Positions 10,059-19,062 of a stretch of 45,968 nucleotides of DNA are shown piece after piece. The position numbers and the translations under genes are program-made. Where the stretch lies: positions 1 to 45,968 of the forward strand of contig CAZIRN010000001.1 in assembly GCA_964541495.1 (NCBI GenBank), read 5' to 3'. How positions within the stretch are numbered: position 1 is the stretch's first letter; each line of letters opens with the position of its first letter. The notes under the pieces were generated by a model. It saw only the letters and a list, made by a program, of their open reading frames with translations. It searched no databases and was not told the origin of the DNA. This stretch comes from an uncultured Rikenella sp. Its GTDB lineage: Bacteria > Bacteroidota > Bacteroidia > Bacteroidales > VadinHA17.

Positions 10059-10511
10059 ATGGGAAAAGGTGACAAAAAGACAAAAAGAGGTAAAATATTT
10101 CTTGGTACATACGGTGTAAGCAGGCCAAGAAGAAAATCAAAAAAAACAACTGTAATACAACAAACAGCTATCAGTAAAGAAGAAAAAATTAAGAAACCTG
10201 CAAAAGCCAAAAAGGAAATAATGGTTGAACCCGAGACTGTTTCTATCGAAGTCTCCGGACAGGAAGCTGCAACTATTGAAAAAACCGTAAAGGTAAAAGC
10301 TCCTGAAACGACTGAAAAAAAACCAAGGCAAAAGAAGGAAACGGCTGAAAAGAAGCCTCCAAGAGAGAAAAAGGAAGATTCAACAGAAAAAGAACAAGTG
10401 GAAAAAAAAAGCATTGAAAAGGCCAAAACTGAAATAGCAACAAAGAAATCAAAATCGCCCAAAATTGCTAAGGAGCCGAAAGCTAATAAAAAACCGGAAG
10501 ATAAAAGCTGA
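10059..10511 (+). CDS. Ribosomal protein THX (bTHX) homologue with a long lysine/glutamate-rich C-terminal extension
   Basis: The first ~27 aa (MGKGDKKTKRGKIFLGTYGVSRPRRKS) closely match the Thermus Thx peptide as I recall it ([25 protein letters not shown]). The remaining ~120 aa are low-complexity K/E/P/T-rich sequence. Confidence 0.7.
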   Translation: MGKGDKKTKRGKIFLGTYGVSRPRRKSKKTTVIQQTAISKEEKIKKPAKAKKEIMVEPETVSIEVSGQEAATIEKTVKVKAPETTEKKPRQKKETAEKKPPREKKEDSTEKEQVEKKSIEKAKTEIATKKSKSPKIAKEPKANKKPEDKS

Positions 10512-10570
10512 TCTTTTTATAGAGTAATCATTCTCATAATACTCTTTATTATTTAAAAACTTCAGCCAGC

Positions 10571-12406
10571 ATGAAAAAAATAATAAAAGCTACAATATTT
10601 TATGTATTATTCTGGCTGTCATTCTTTATTTTGGCCAGACTTATCTTTCTTCTGGTTCAGTTCGACGAAATGGCTAATTATGGAATCACCAATATTTTGC
10701 TTGCTTTTTATCATGGACTAAAAATGGATATTTCTGCAACCGGATATATCCTTATGCTTCCCTTGCTCACTGCTGTTCCATGGTTCTTTACAGGAGGAGA
10801 CTGGTATAGAAAATGGCTGAAGATATATTCAGCTATACTTTTAATTCTTTTCATTCCTCTTATTCTTTGTGACGCATTCATATATTCATTTTGGGCCTAT
10901 AGACTTGATTTTTCAGTTATAGGGTACCTTAAGGAGCCTAAAGATGCAATTGCATCAATAACTACAATCCAGTTATTTCTGCTAATAATCATTGATGTAG
11001 TTATAACATTTATATTCATCAGGCTATGTAACAAATTAATTGACAAATTCTTTCATAAAGAAGCCACAACAACTTCTCCCATTATCTCTTCTTTTGTCTA
11101 TCTCTTGTTAACAGGATTTCTTATTATACCTATAAGAGGAGGATTTGGCGTTGCACCTATGAATTCGGGCTCGGTTTACTTCAGTGAGCACCTTTTTCTG
11201 AACCATACTGCATTAAATGTTATCTGGCATTTCGGATACACTGCTTTACATATAAAACCGCGGGAAAATCCATATAAATTTTACCCTGAAGAGGAAGCCC
11301 ATGAATGTTTTTCCATGCTTTTAAAAGATAATGGTACCACTAAATATATGCTTAAAACTGAAAAACCAAATATCCTTTTAATAATACTAGAAAGTTTTGG
11401 AAGTGATGTAATAGGCATTACACGAACTGATTCGGTAACTGCCCCCAGATTCAAAGAATATGTTCCTGAGGGTATTTATTTTACAGGTCTTTATGCGGCA
11501 GGTTCAAGGACCGACAAGGCCATACCTGCAATACTTAGTGGATATCCAAACCTTCCTTTAATACAGGTAATCAGAGAACCTCGTAAAACTCAGACAATGC
11601 CCGGATTGTTTAAACTTCTCGACAGTGCAGGATATAAAACATCATTCTGGTATGGCGGAGATATTAATTTTGCCAATATGAATTCTTTCATTACTACCAT
11701 GGGATTCAGAGAAAAAGTAACAATAGATAATTTTGACAAAAAAGACAGGAACTCAAAGTGGGGAGTTCACGATCATATATTATTTGAGCGTTTAAATGAT
11801 TCACTTAATACATCAAAAAATCCTTTTGCATACGCTGTTCTGAGCTTAAGCAGTCATGAGCCTTTCGAAGTGCCTATGGCTCCTGTGTTTAAAGGACATG
11901 ACATACTGAGCCAGTTCAAAAACTCGATTTATTATACCGACAAATCACTTGGAGAATTTCTCGACAGGGCAAAAAAGACCGACTGGTGGAAAAACACATT
12001 GATAATAATAACCGCCGATCATTGCAGAAGAAATTCAGATACTATTCCTGTATATTCTGAATCAATATTTAAAATCCCTCTGCTATGGCTTGGGGGAGCA
12101 ATTGCTGTAAAAGACACTATAATTAGAAAACCTTTCAGCCAGTTCGACCTGCCATTAACGATAGCCTCACAACTGAAATTCAAAGCCAATTTCCCTTTCA
12201 GCAAAGATATCCTTTCAACTGGATCGGTTAATTTTGCCTTTTATACTTATAATGAAGGCTTTGGTTTTGTTACAGATACTTCTTTTGTAGCATACGATAT
12301 AAAACTTGGCAATTGCCCTGCAAAAAGGGGTAACCGAACAGATTTAGCCGAAAAATTCGGAAAAGCTTTTCTCCAGGTACTGTTCGATGATTACCTCTCA
12401 AGATAA
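10571..12406 (+). CDS. LTA-synthase/phosphoglycerol-transferase family membrane protein (sulfatase-like domain)
   Basis: 611 aa. N-terminal ~5 TM helices, then an alkaline-phosphatase-superfamily domain (ILLIILESFGS, GSRTDKAIPAILSG, SSHEPF, IIITADH). Confidence 0.75.
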   Translation: MKKIIKATIFYVLFWLSFFILARLIFLLVQFDEMANYGITNILLAFYHGLKMDISATGYILMLPLLTAVPWFFTGGDWYRKWLKIYSAILLILFIPLILCDAFIYSFWAYRLDFSVIGYLKEPKDAIASITTIQLFLLIIIDVVITFIFIRLCNKLIDKFFHKEATTTSPIISSFVYLLLTGFLIIPIRGGFGVAPMNSGSVYFSEHLFLNHTALNVIWHFGYTALHIKPRENPYKFYPEEEAHECFSMLLKDNGTTKYMLKTEKPNILLIILESFGSDVIGITRTDSVTAPRFKEYVPEGIYFTGLYAAGSRTDKAIPAILSGYPNLPLIQVIREPRKTQTMPGLFKLLDSAGYKTSFWYGGDINFANMNSFITTMGFREKVTIDNFDKKDRNSKWGVHDHILFERLNDSLNTSKNPFAYAVLSLSSHEPFEVPMAPVFKGHDILSQFKNSIYYTDKSLGEFLDRAKKTDWWKNTLIIITADHCRRNSDTIPVYSESIFKIPLLWLGGAIAVKDTIIRKPFSQFDLPLTIASQLKFKANFPFSKDILSTGSVNFAFYTYNEGFGFVTDTSFVAYDIKLGNCPAKRGNRTDLAEKFGKAFLQVLFDDYLSR

Positions 12407-12571
12407 AGATTATTCTTTACACATACTTTAGCAGCATCTCTTTGGAGATATAAAATTCTACTTTATTTATTCACTTTTCTTAAATAAACTTAAAAAAGGA
12501 GTTGAATATATTAAAGTTTAAAGAATGAGAAAATGCTATGCTATCTTTGCCTGAATTTTATTGGACGAACA

Positions 12572-14842
12572 ATGAATAAAACAGTGGAAAAAATTTGTTC
12601 AGGAAATCTTGTATTCTTCTTTTTTTCACTTGTTATTTCTATCTCTTCTTTTGCACAGCCAGACACATCAGACTACGGCAGAGCCGACAGACTCCAGCAG
12701 ATAGTTTCCGGAAAGGTTTTTTACGGTAATGTAAGGCCGACATGGCTTAATGCCACAGGCCGTTTTCTTTATGAAAGCACCACACCTCACGGCATTGAAT
12801 ATTATATTGTTGATGCAGTTTCGGGAACAAAAATAGTAGCATTTGATCAGGCGCGTTTTGCAAAAGCCTTTGAAATCACTACGGGCCAAAAGGCTGAACC
12901 TGGCAAATTGCCTATTAGAAACATTGTGTTTACCGAACGCATGTTGAGCTTTTCTTTTAACTTCGATAATTATAACTGGATTTGTATATTAAGAAATTAT
13001 AGAATAATTAAGGGCGACAAGATACCTGAAAGAACAAGAAACGAATCGGACTGGAACTGGGGCTTCCGCGATGAACTCCGAAATAGCCCTGTGCAATCGC
13101 CCGATAAAAAATGGACAGCATATATAAAAAACTATAACCTTTATGTAAAATCTGACAGTTCCAATAAAGAATATCAATTAAGCTACGACGGAGGTACAGG
13201 AGAATATTATTCATCTTTTATAATATGGTCGCCCGATTCGAAAAAACTCATAACCTGCAGGGTAAGGCCTGCTGAAAAACACATGATTTATTATATTGAG
13301 TCATCGCCCGAAGAACAGCTTCAGCCAAGACATTTTTCCTATGAGTACCAGAAACCGGGTGATGCAATTCCTCAGTTCTATCCTCAACTATTTGATGTAG
13401 AAAAAAAGAAACACATTAAAGTCGATGATTCATTGGTTCCCAGCCAGTATTATATTGATAATTTAAAATGGAGTAAGGATTCGAAGTACTTTACCTATGA
13501 ATATAATAAAAGGGGGCATCAGGTTTACCAGGTTATAAAAGTGGATGCTGAAACAGGTGATAGCAAGATTATTATAAACGAAACATCTCCCACTTTTATT
13601 GATTACAGCGGGAAACGTTACAGGTTCGATCTTGAAAATGCTCATGAGATTATATGGGCATCTGAGAGGGACGGATGGAATCATCTTTATCTCTATGATT
13701 CGGAAACAGGGAAGGTCAAAAACCAGATTACTAAGGGTGAATGGGTAATAAGAGGCGTAGTGGGTGTGGATGAAAATATAAGACAGATAATATTTCAGGC
13801 CAGCGGAAGAGAACCGGGTGATCCTTATTTTGTTCATGTTTACAGAATAAATTTTGACGGCACCGGCCTTAAACGGCTCACCGACGGTTACGGAAATCAT
13901 GAGGTTAGTTTTTCCCCCGATAAAAGGTTCTTTACCGATACATGGTCAACAGTTGACACACCTCCGGTTGCAGTGTTAAGAAACGGAGAAGACGGCAGGC
14001 TCATAATGGAGCTGGAGAAGGCCGATATTACGCGTCTTCTGGAAACAGGCATTAAACCTCCCGAACCGTTTTCGGCAAAAGGCAGAGACGGAGTTACGGA
14101 TATATGGGGAATTATTGTAAGGCCAGGTAACTTCGACCCTTCAAAAAAATATCCGGTTATAGAAAATATTTATGCCGGGCCTCACAGCAATTTTGTGCCC
14201 AAAAGTTTCCAGCCTATTATAAGCGGTATGCACCAGCTTGCAGAACTTGGCTTCATAGTTGTACAAATTGACGGCATGGGAACTTCGAATCGTTCAAAAG
14301 CATTTCATGACGTCTGCTGGAAAAATTTAAAGGATGCGGGCTTCCCCGACAGAATACTATGGATAAAAGCTGCAGCCCGCAAATATTCATATATGGATAC
14401 TTCCCGTATAGGCATATACGGAACTTCTGCCGGTGGCCAGAATGCTGCCTCAGCTCTTCTGTTCCATAATGACTTTTATAAAGTTGCCGTATCGGCTTGT
14501 GGCTGCCACGATAACAGGATGGATAAGATGTGGTGGAATGAACAGTTTATGGGATGGCCCGTAGGGCCAGAATATATTGAATCGTCAAATGTTGAAAATG
14601 CATGGAGGCTGAAAGGCAAACTAATGCTAATAAACTGTGAAATGGATAAAAATGTTGACCCGAGTTCGACAACACAATTTGTAAATGCTCTGATAAAAGC
14701 AAACAAAGAATTCGAATATGTTTTTATACCCGGGGCAGGTCATTCGAGCGGGGGCACTTACGGAGAAAGAAAACGACGCGATTTTTTTGTCAGATATCTT
14801 CTTGGTGTCGAACCCCCCGACTGGAATAAAATAGTGAATTGA
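12572..14842 (+). CDS. S9-family serine peptidase, dipeptidyl-peptidase IV-like
   Basis: Signal peptide after the ATG at 12572 (MNKTVEKICSGNLVFFFFSLVISISSFAQ). N-terminal beta-propeller-like region. C-terminal alpha/beta hydrolase with the nucleophile motif GTSAGG and a distal GAGHS histidine. The track start at 12533 adds 13 implausible residues. Confidence 0.85.
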   Translation: MNKTVEKICSGNLVFFFFSLVISISSFAQPDTSDYGRADRLQQIVSGKVFYGNVRPTWLNATGRFLYESTTPHGIEYYIVDAVSGTKIVAFDQARFAKAFEITTGQKAEPGKLPIRNIVFTERMLSFSFNFDNYNWICILRNYRIIKGDKIPERTRNESDWNWGFRDELRNSPVQSPDKKWTAYIKNYNLYVKSDSSNKEYQLSYDGGTGEYYSSFIIWSPDSKKLITCRVRPAEKHMIYYIESSPEEQLQPRHFSYEYQKPGDAIPQFYPQLFDVEKKKHIKVDDSLVPSQYYIDNLKWSKDSKYFTYEYNKRGHQVYQVIKVDAETGDSKIIINETSPTFIDYSGKRYRFDLENAHEIIWASERDGWNHLYLYDSETGKVKNQITKGEWVIRGVVGVDENIRQIIFQASGREPGDPYFVHVYRINFDGTGLKRLTDGYGNHEVSFSPDKRFFTDTWSTVDTPPVAVLRNGEDGRLIMELEKADITRLLETGIKPPEPFSAKGRDGVTDIWGIIVRPGNFDPSKKYPVIENIYAGPHSNFVPKSFQPIISGMHQLAELGFIVVQIDGMGTSNRSKAFHDVCWKNLKDAGFPDRILWIKAAARKYSYMDTSRIGIYGTSAGGQNAASALLFHNDFYKVAVSACGCHDNRMDKMWWNEQFMGWPVGPEYIESSNVENAWRLKGKLMLINCEMDKNVDPSSTTQFVNALIKANKEFEYVFIPGAGHSSGGTYGERKRRDFFVRYLLGVEPPDWNKIVN

Positions 14843-14906
14843 TACCTATTGGAATTTACACATCTATTTTTCTCTTCTCACATAAATAATTCATTGACAA
14901 AAGGTT

Positions 14907-15941
14907 TTAGATGTGCACCATAGCTTTCATCACACCATCCCTGTATCCTGCAACAAGCTCGAATGCCTTCTGAGTCTGCTCAAAGTCAAATATATGAGTA
15001 ATCATTTTTTCAGGTTTCACTATTCCCCTGCTTATCAGGTCGAGAGTGGGCTGCACCATCTCATTTTGCCGCCTGACATTTCTGATAGTAATTTCTTTTC
15101 TTCTTAAATCTTCAGCGCTGAATTTCCATTCATTAGATGAAGGAATGCCAACAATCAGCAGAATTCCTCCGGGTTTTAGAATTCTCAATGCCTGGTCAAC
15201 AGCCTCTTGTTTGCCGCAACATTCAAAAACCATATCGAGAAGGTCAGGCTCATTTGTTTTCAGTTCATCAACTATATCGGTCTTCAATGGATTCCATGTC
15301 CTGTAAGCGCCCAAATGTTTTGCCAGTTCTAAACGTTCATTTATAAGGTCAGTCATATAAATCCTGCCGGCTTTTTTACTCATAGCCGTCAGAAGGACAC
15401 TTATGCCTATCGGTCCGGAACCAAGAATGCCGATATTCCTGTTTTGCAATGACCCGGCAAGTTCTGTAGCATAAAGTCCGATAGACAAAGGCTCTGATAA
15501 TGCGGCCAGATCGAAGCTGATCCTTTCGTCAACCGGATAACAGCTCGATTCAGGCATAACGATGTATTCGGAAAGGCAACCCTCTGCCTGGCCCGGACAT
15601 CCAAGGAATTTAATATTCAGGCATGTATGGTAACGGCCTGCACAGCACTGTGAACATTTAAAACAGGGCATTGCCGGATCCACTGCAATCCGATCTCCTG
15701 GTTTCAGTTTCATAACAGAATTACCTGTTTTTTCAATAATTCCTGAACATTCGTGTCCAATAGTGAAAGGAAATTCAATAATCTGACTGCCTATACGGCC
15801 TTCATTGTAATAATGAATATCCGAACCACAGATTCCCACCGATCTTATCTTAATCAGAACATCGTCGGAATTGATAATCTCAGGAATTGGCTTTTCAACC
15901 ATTTGAATTTCCCTGATGCCGGTAAGAACCATTGCCTTCAT
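14907..15941 (-). CDS. Zn-dependent medium-chain polyol dehydrogenase (sorbitol/xylitol dehydrogenase-like)
   Basis: 344 aa. GICGSDIHYY and GHECSG zinc-ligand motifs, a structural Cys cluster CFKCSQCCAGRYHTC, and a Rossmann GILGSGPIG. Sits 48 bp downstream of xylA on the same strand. Confidence 0.85.
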   Translation of the reverse strand: MKAMVLTGIREIQMVEKPIPEIINSDDVLIKIRSVGICGSDIHYYNEGRIGSQIIEFPFTIGHECSGIIEKTGNSVMKLKPGDRIAVDPAMPCFKCSQCCAGRYHTCLNIKFLGCPGQAEGCLSEYIVMPESSCYPVDERISFDLAALSEPLSIGLYATELAGSLQNRNIGILGSGPIGISVLLTAMSKKAGRIYMTDLINERLELAKHLGAYRTWNPLKTDIVDELKTNEPDLLDMVFECCGKQEAVDQALRILKPGGILLIVGIPSSNEWKFSAEDLRRKEITIRNVRRQNEMVQPTLDLISRGIVKPEKMITHIFDFEQTQKAFELVAGYRDGVMKAMVHI

Positions 15942-15989
15942 AAAATCTTTGATAATATTTAATTTCGGTATCTTTTGTTATGTCTCTAT

Positions 15990-17309
15990 TCAGATGTACA
16001 TATTTATCAATTGTTCAAGCATTTCCTGTTTTCCGCTTATCGGTCTTGGTTCTCCAAGCTCTTTGGCAATATCTCTGATCTCCTCGAGAGAAAGTTTTCC
16101 TTTTTCAAATTCTTTGCCTTTACCTTTATCGAATGACTCATATCTCTTCGTTTTTAGTTTAAGATAATCGCTTTCTTTCAGTATTTTATCCGCAATGATA
16201 AGTGCTCTGGCAAAAGTATCCATACCGCTGATATGAGCTATGAAAAGATCCTCGATGTCGGTGGAGTTTCGGCGTACTTTTGCATCGAAGTTGATTCCGC
16301 CGGTCGAGAAGCCGCCTGCATTAAGAATAATCATCATAGCTTCTGTTACTTCATAGATATTGGTTGGAAACTCATCGGTATCCCATCCGTTCTGATAATC
16401 GCCCTTGTTTGCATCAATGCTCCCTAAAAGATTTGCATCGGCTGCAACCTGAAGTTCATGTGTAAAGCTATGTCCGGCAAGAGTTGCATGATTAACTTCT
16501 ATATTAAGTTTAAAATCTTTGTCGAGGCCATATTTTCTAAGGAAGCCTATGACTGTTGAGGAATCGAAATCATACTGATGTTTTGTAGGTTCCATGGGTT
16601 TTGGTTCAACAAGGAATGTCCCTTTGAAACCTTTTTTCCTTCCGTAATCCCTGGCTACAGACAACATCATGCCCATGTGATCGAGTTCCCTTTTCATATC
16701 AGTATTATGCAAGGTCATATAACCTTCTCTCCCTCCCCAGAAAACATAGTTTTGTCCGCCAAGCTCAATTGTAGCATCAATTGCATTTTTAAGCTGTGTT
16801 CCAGCGCATGCAACAACATTAAAATCCGGATTTGTAGCCGCACCGTTCATATAACGGGGATGAGAAAATAGATTGGATGTGCCCCATAGAAGTTTCACAC
16901 CTGTCTGTTCCTGCATTTTTTTCATTACCGGAACATATTTTGCAAGTCGCTTCTCAATCTCAAACACTGAACCATTACCGACTATATCCACATCATGGAA
17001 ACAATAATATTCAGTTCCGATTTTTGTAAAGAATTCAAAAGCGGCATCAAGTCGTTGCATTATTTTATCATCAATCTGAGAATTGTCCCATGGATAAAAT
17101 CTGGTAGCCATTCCAAAAGGATCGCTTCCGTCGCCACAGAATGTATGCCAGAATGCAACTGCGAACCTGAGATGATCTTTCATCTTTTTTTCTCCCACTT
17201 TTGCTTCCGGATTGTACCATCTGAAAGCAAACGGATTCTTTGATTTAGTTCCCTCATACTCAATTTTTCCGATTCCGGGGTAAAATTCTTTTTTAGTTTT
17301 TGTAGCCAT
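15990..17309 (-). CDS. xylA: Xylose isomerase
   Basis: 439 aa. N-terminus [70 protein letters not shown] and [12 protein letters not shown] are all class-II XylA signatures. Confidence 0.97.
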   Translation of the reverse strand: MATKTKKEFYPGIGKIEYEGTKSKNPFAFRWYNPEAKVGEKKMKDHLRFAVAFWHTFCGDGSDPFGMATRFYPWDNSQIDDKIMQRLDAAFEFFTKIGTEYYCFHDVDIVGNGSVFEIEKRLAKYVPVMKKMQEQTGVKLLWGTSNLFSHPRYMNGAATNPDFNVVACAGTQLKNAIDATIELGGQNYVFWGGREGYMTLHNTDMKRELDHMGMMLSVARDYGRKKGFKGTFLVEPKPMEPTKHQYDFDSSTVIGFLRKYGLDKDFKLNIEVNHATLAGHSFTHELQVAADANLLGSIDANKGDYQNGWDTDEFPTNIYEVTEAMMIILNAGGFSTGGINFDAKVRRNSTDIEDLFIAHISGMDTFARALIIADKILKESDYLKLKTKRYESFDKGKGKEFEKGKLSLEEIRDIAKELGEPRPISGKQEMLEQLINMYI

Positions 17310-17340
17310 AATATTAATTTTTTAGTTAATTATATTTTTT

Positions 17341-17385
17341 ACCGTGAAGATCGCAAAGAAAGAGCAAAGTTCGCAAAGCAAAGTC
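17341..17385. repeat. GC-richer word-repeat element (GCAAAG x4, TCGCAAAG twice 20 bp apart, plus CCGTGAA) in the xylB-xylA spacer
   Basis: Read directly: accgtgaagaTCGCAAAGaaagaGCAAAGtTCGCAAAGCAAAG. It is embedded in an otherwise AT-rich 78-bp intercistronic gap. Confidence 0.6.
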
Positions 17386-17387
17386 AA

Positions 17388-18866
17388 TCAAACTGTTTTG
17401 AGCAAATTAAGCCATCCGGCGTAAGCTTCCTCGTAGATTCCTTTCAGTGTGGAATCAGGTTCTGTAACTCCCCCTGATTTCAAGCCCGAAAATGCATCTC
17501 TTTCCGATGCATAATAACCGCAACCAATTCCTGCGCCCCTGGCTGCACCGAGCGAACCGTCGGTATTATAAAGATGTATCACAGAATCTGTAATACAGGA
17601 AACAGCCTCCCTGAAAACCGGGCTCAGGAACATATTGGCAGCACCTACGCGCATTATCCCAGCATGAATGCCCGTTTCCTTCATAATATCCAGCCCATAA
17701 CGGAAAGAGAATGCTATTCCTTCCTGAACGGCTCTGAATAAATGTGCTTTAGTATGAACGTTAAAATTCAGCCCGGAAATATGTGCACCCATATCTCTAT
17801 TAAGGAGCATCCTTTCAGCGCCGTTGCCAAAAGGAAGGATTAAGATGCCATCGCTTCCCGGTTTTACCATAGAAGCAATTCTATTAATTTCGTCGTACGA
17901 CATCTCATTTCCGGCAATACGACGCATCCATGAATTAAGTATGCCGGTTCCGTTAATACAAAGCAGTACGCCAAGAGAAGGCTTCTGAAATGTATGGTTC
18001 ACATGCAGAAACGTATTTACTCTCGAAAGCGGATCATATTTTTTCTGGTCGGTGACACCATAAATAACTCCTGATGTGCCAGCAGTAGCTGCAACCTCTC
18101 CGGGAGTAAGTACATTCAAAGATAAAGCATTATTCGGCTGGTCACCAGCCCTGTATGAAACAGGGATTCCTTCGGGCAGCCCCATAATCTTTGCTGCTTC
18201 CGACAACAGATAACCCTGAATGGAAAAAGAAGGTACAGACTCAGGAAAAAGACTTTCATCGAAACCAAAATAATCCAATAACTCCTTGCAAATTGCTTCT
18301 TTCGAAAAATCCCAGAATATGCCTTCGGAAAGTCCTGTGTATGAGGTTCTAACCTCACCAGTAAGTTTCATGGCGAGATAGTCGCCGGGTAACATAATCT
18401 TATTTATTTTTTCAAAAATCCATGGCTCATTTTCCTTTACCCATGCCAGTTTTGAGGCAGTAAAATTGCCAGGAGAATTAAGTAGATGGGAAAGGCAGAA
18501 CTCTTTCCCGAGAGCTTCAAAAGCTTTATTGCCGTATTCCACGGCTCTGCTGTCGCACCAGATTATCGAATGCCTCAAAGGTTTAAATTCTTTATCAACA
18601 ACAACGAGACCGTGCATCTGGTAAGAAATGCCGATTGCTCCAATAGATTTTTTCTTATTGCCAATATTTTCCGTGCATGCGGTTACGGCAAGTTTAAGAT
18701 TTTCCCACCACAAATCAGGGTGCTGCTCGGCCCATCCTTTTCTCTTTGCCATGATTTCCATTTCGGTATGCGGCATAAATACCGAGGCAAGACATTCGCC
18801 TGTTTCACCGTCAAGTACCGAAACCTTGATTGAAGAACTTCCTGCGTCTATTCCTAAAAGCAACAT
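17388..18866 (-). CDS. xylB: Xylulokinase (FGGY carbohydrate kinase)
   Basis: 492 aa. FGGY N-terminal motif LLGIDAGSSSIKV. Typical length. Immediately upstream of xylA on the same strand. Confidence 0.9.
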   Translation of the reverse strand: MLLLGIDAGSSSIKVSVLDGETGECLASVFMPHTEMEIMAKRKGWAEQHPDLWWENLKLAVTACTENIGNKKKSIGAIGISYQMHGLVVVDKEFKPLRHSIIWCDSRAVEYGNKAFEALGKEFCLSHLLNSPGNFTASKLAWVKENEPWIFEKINKIMLPGDYLAMKLTGEVRTSYTGLSEGIFWDFSKEAICKELLDYFGFDESLFPESVPSFSIQGYLLSEAAKIMGLPEGIPVSYRAGDQPNNALSLNVLTPGEVAATAGTSGVIYGVTDQKKYDPLSRVNTFLHVNHTFQKPSLGVLLCINGTGILNSWMRRIAGNEMSYDEINRIASMVKPGSDGILILPFGNGAERMLLNRDMGAHISGLNFNVHTKAHLFRAVQEGIAFSFRYGLDIMKETGIHAGIMRVGAANMFLSPVFREAVSCITDSVIHLYNTDGSLGAARGAGIGCGYYASERDAFSGLKSGGVTEPDSTLKGIYEEAYAGWLNLLKTV

Positions 18867-19062
18867 ATCAATTTATTTTTACTATACGTTTTTCAGTGAT
18901 AATTCTTAAGTTCTCTGCATCCCTTTTATCAATACAAAATTATAAGTTATGAAATAATTCTTGATATTCAAATACTTATAATAACATCGTAAAAAGTAAT
19001 GAAAAAATCAGTCACTACCTTTTATATAAATATAATGATTGTGAAATTAACAAAATATTTTA

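Noticed and set aside
10052-10462. 136-aa minus-strand ORF (and 10137-10331) antisense to the THX-tail gene
   Set aside because: It is the mirror image of a purine-rich K/E-coding low-complexity stretch. Its product is an implausible F/S/L-rich polypeptide. The plus-strand ORF has the recognisable THX core.
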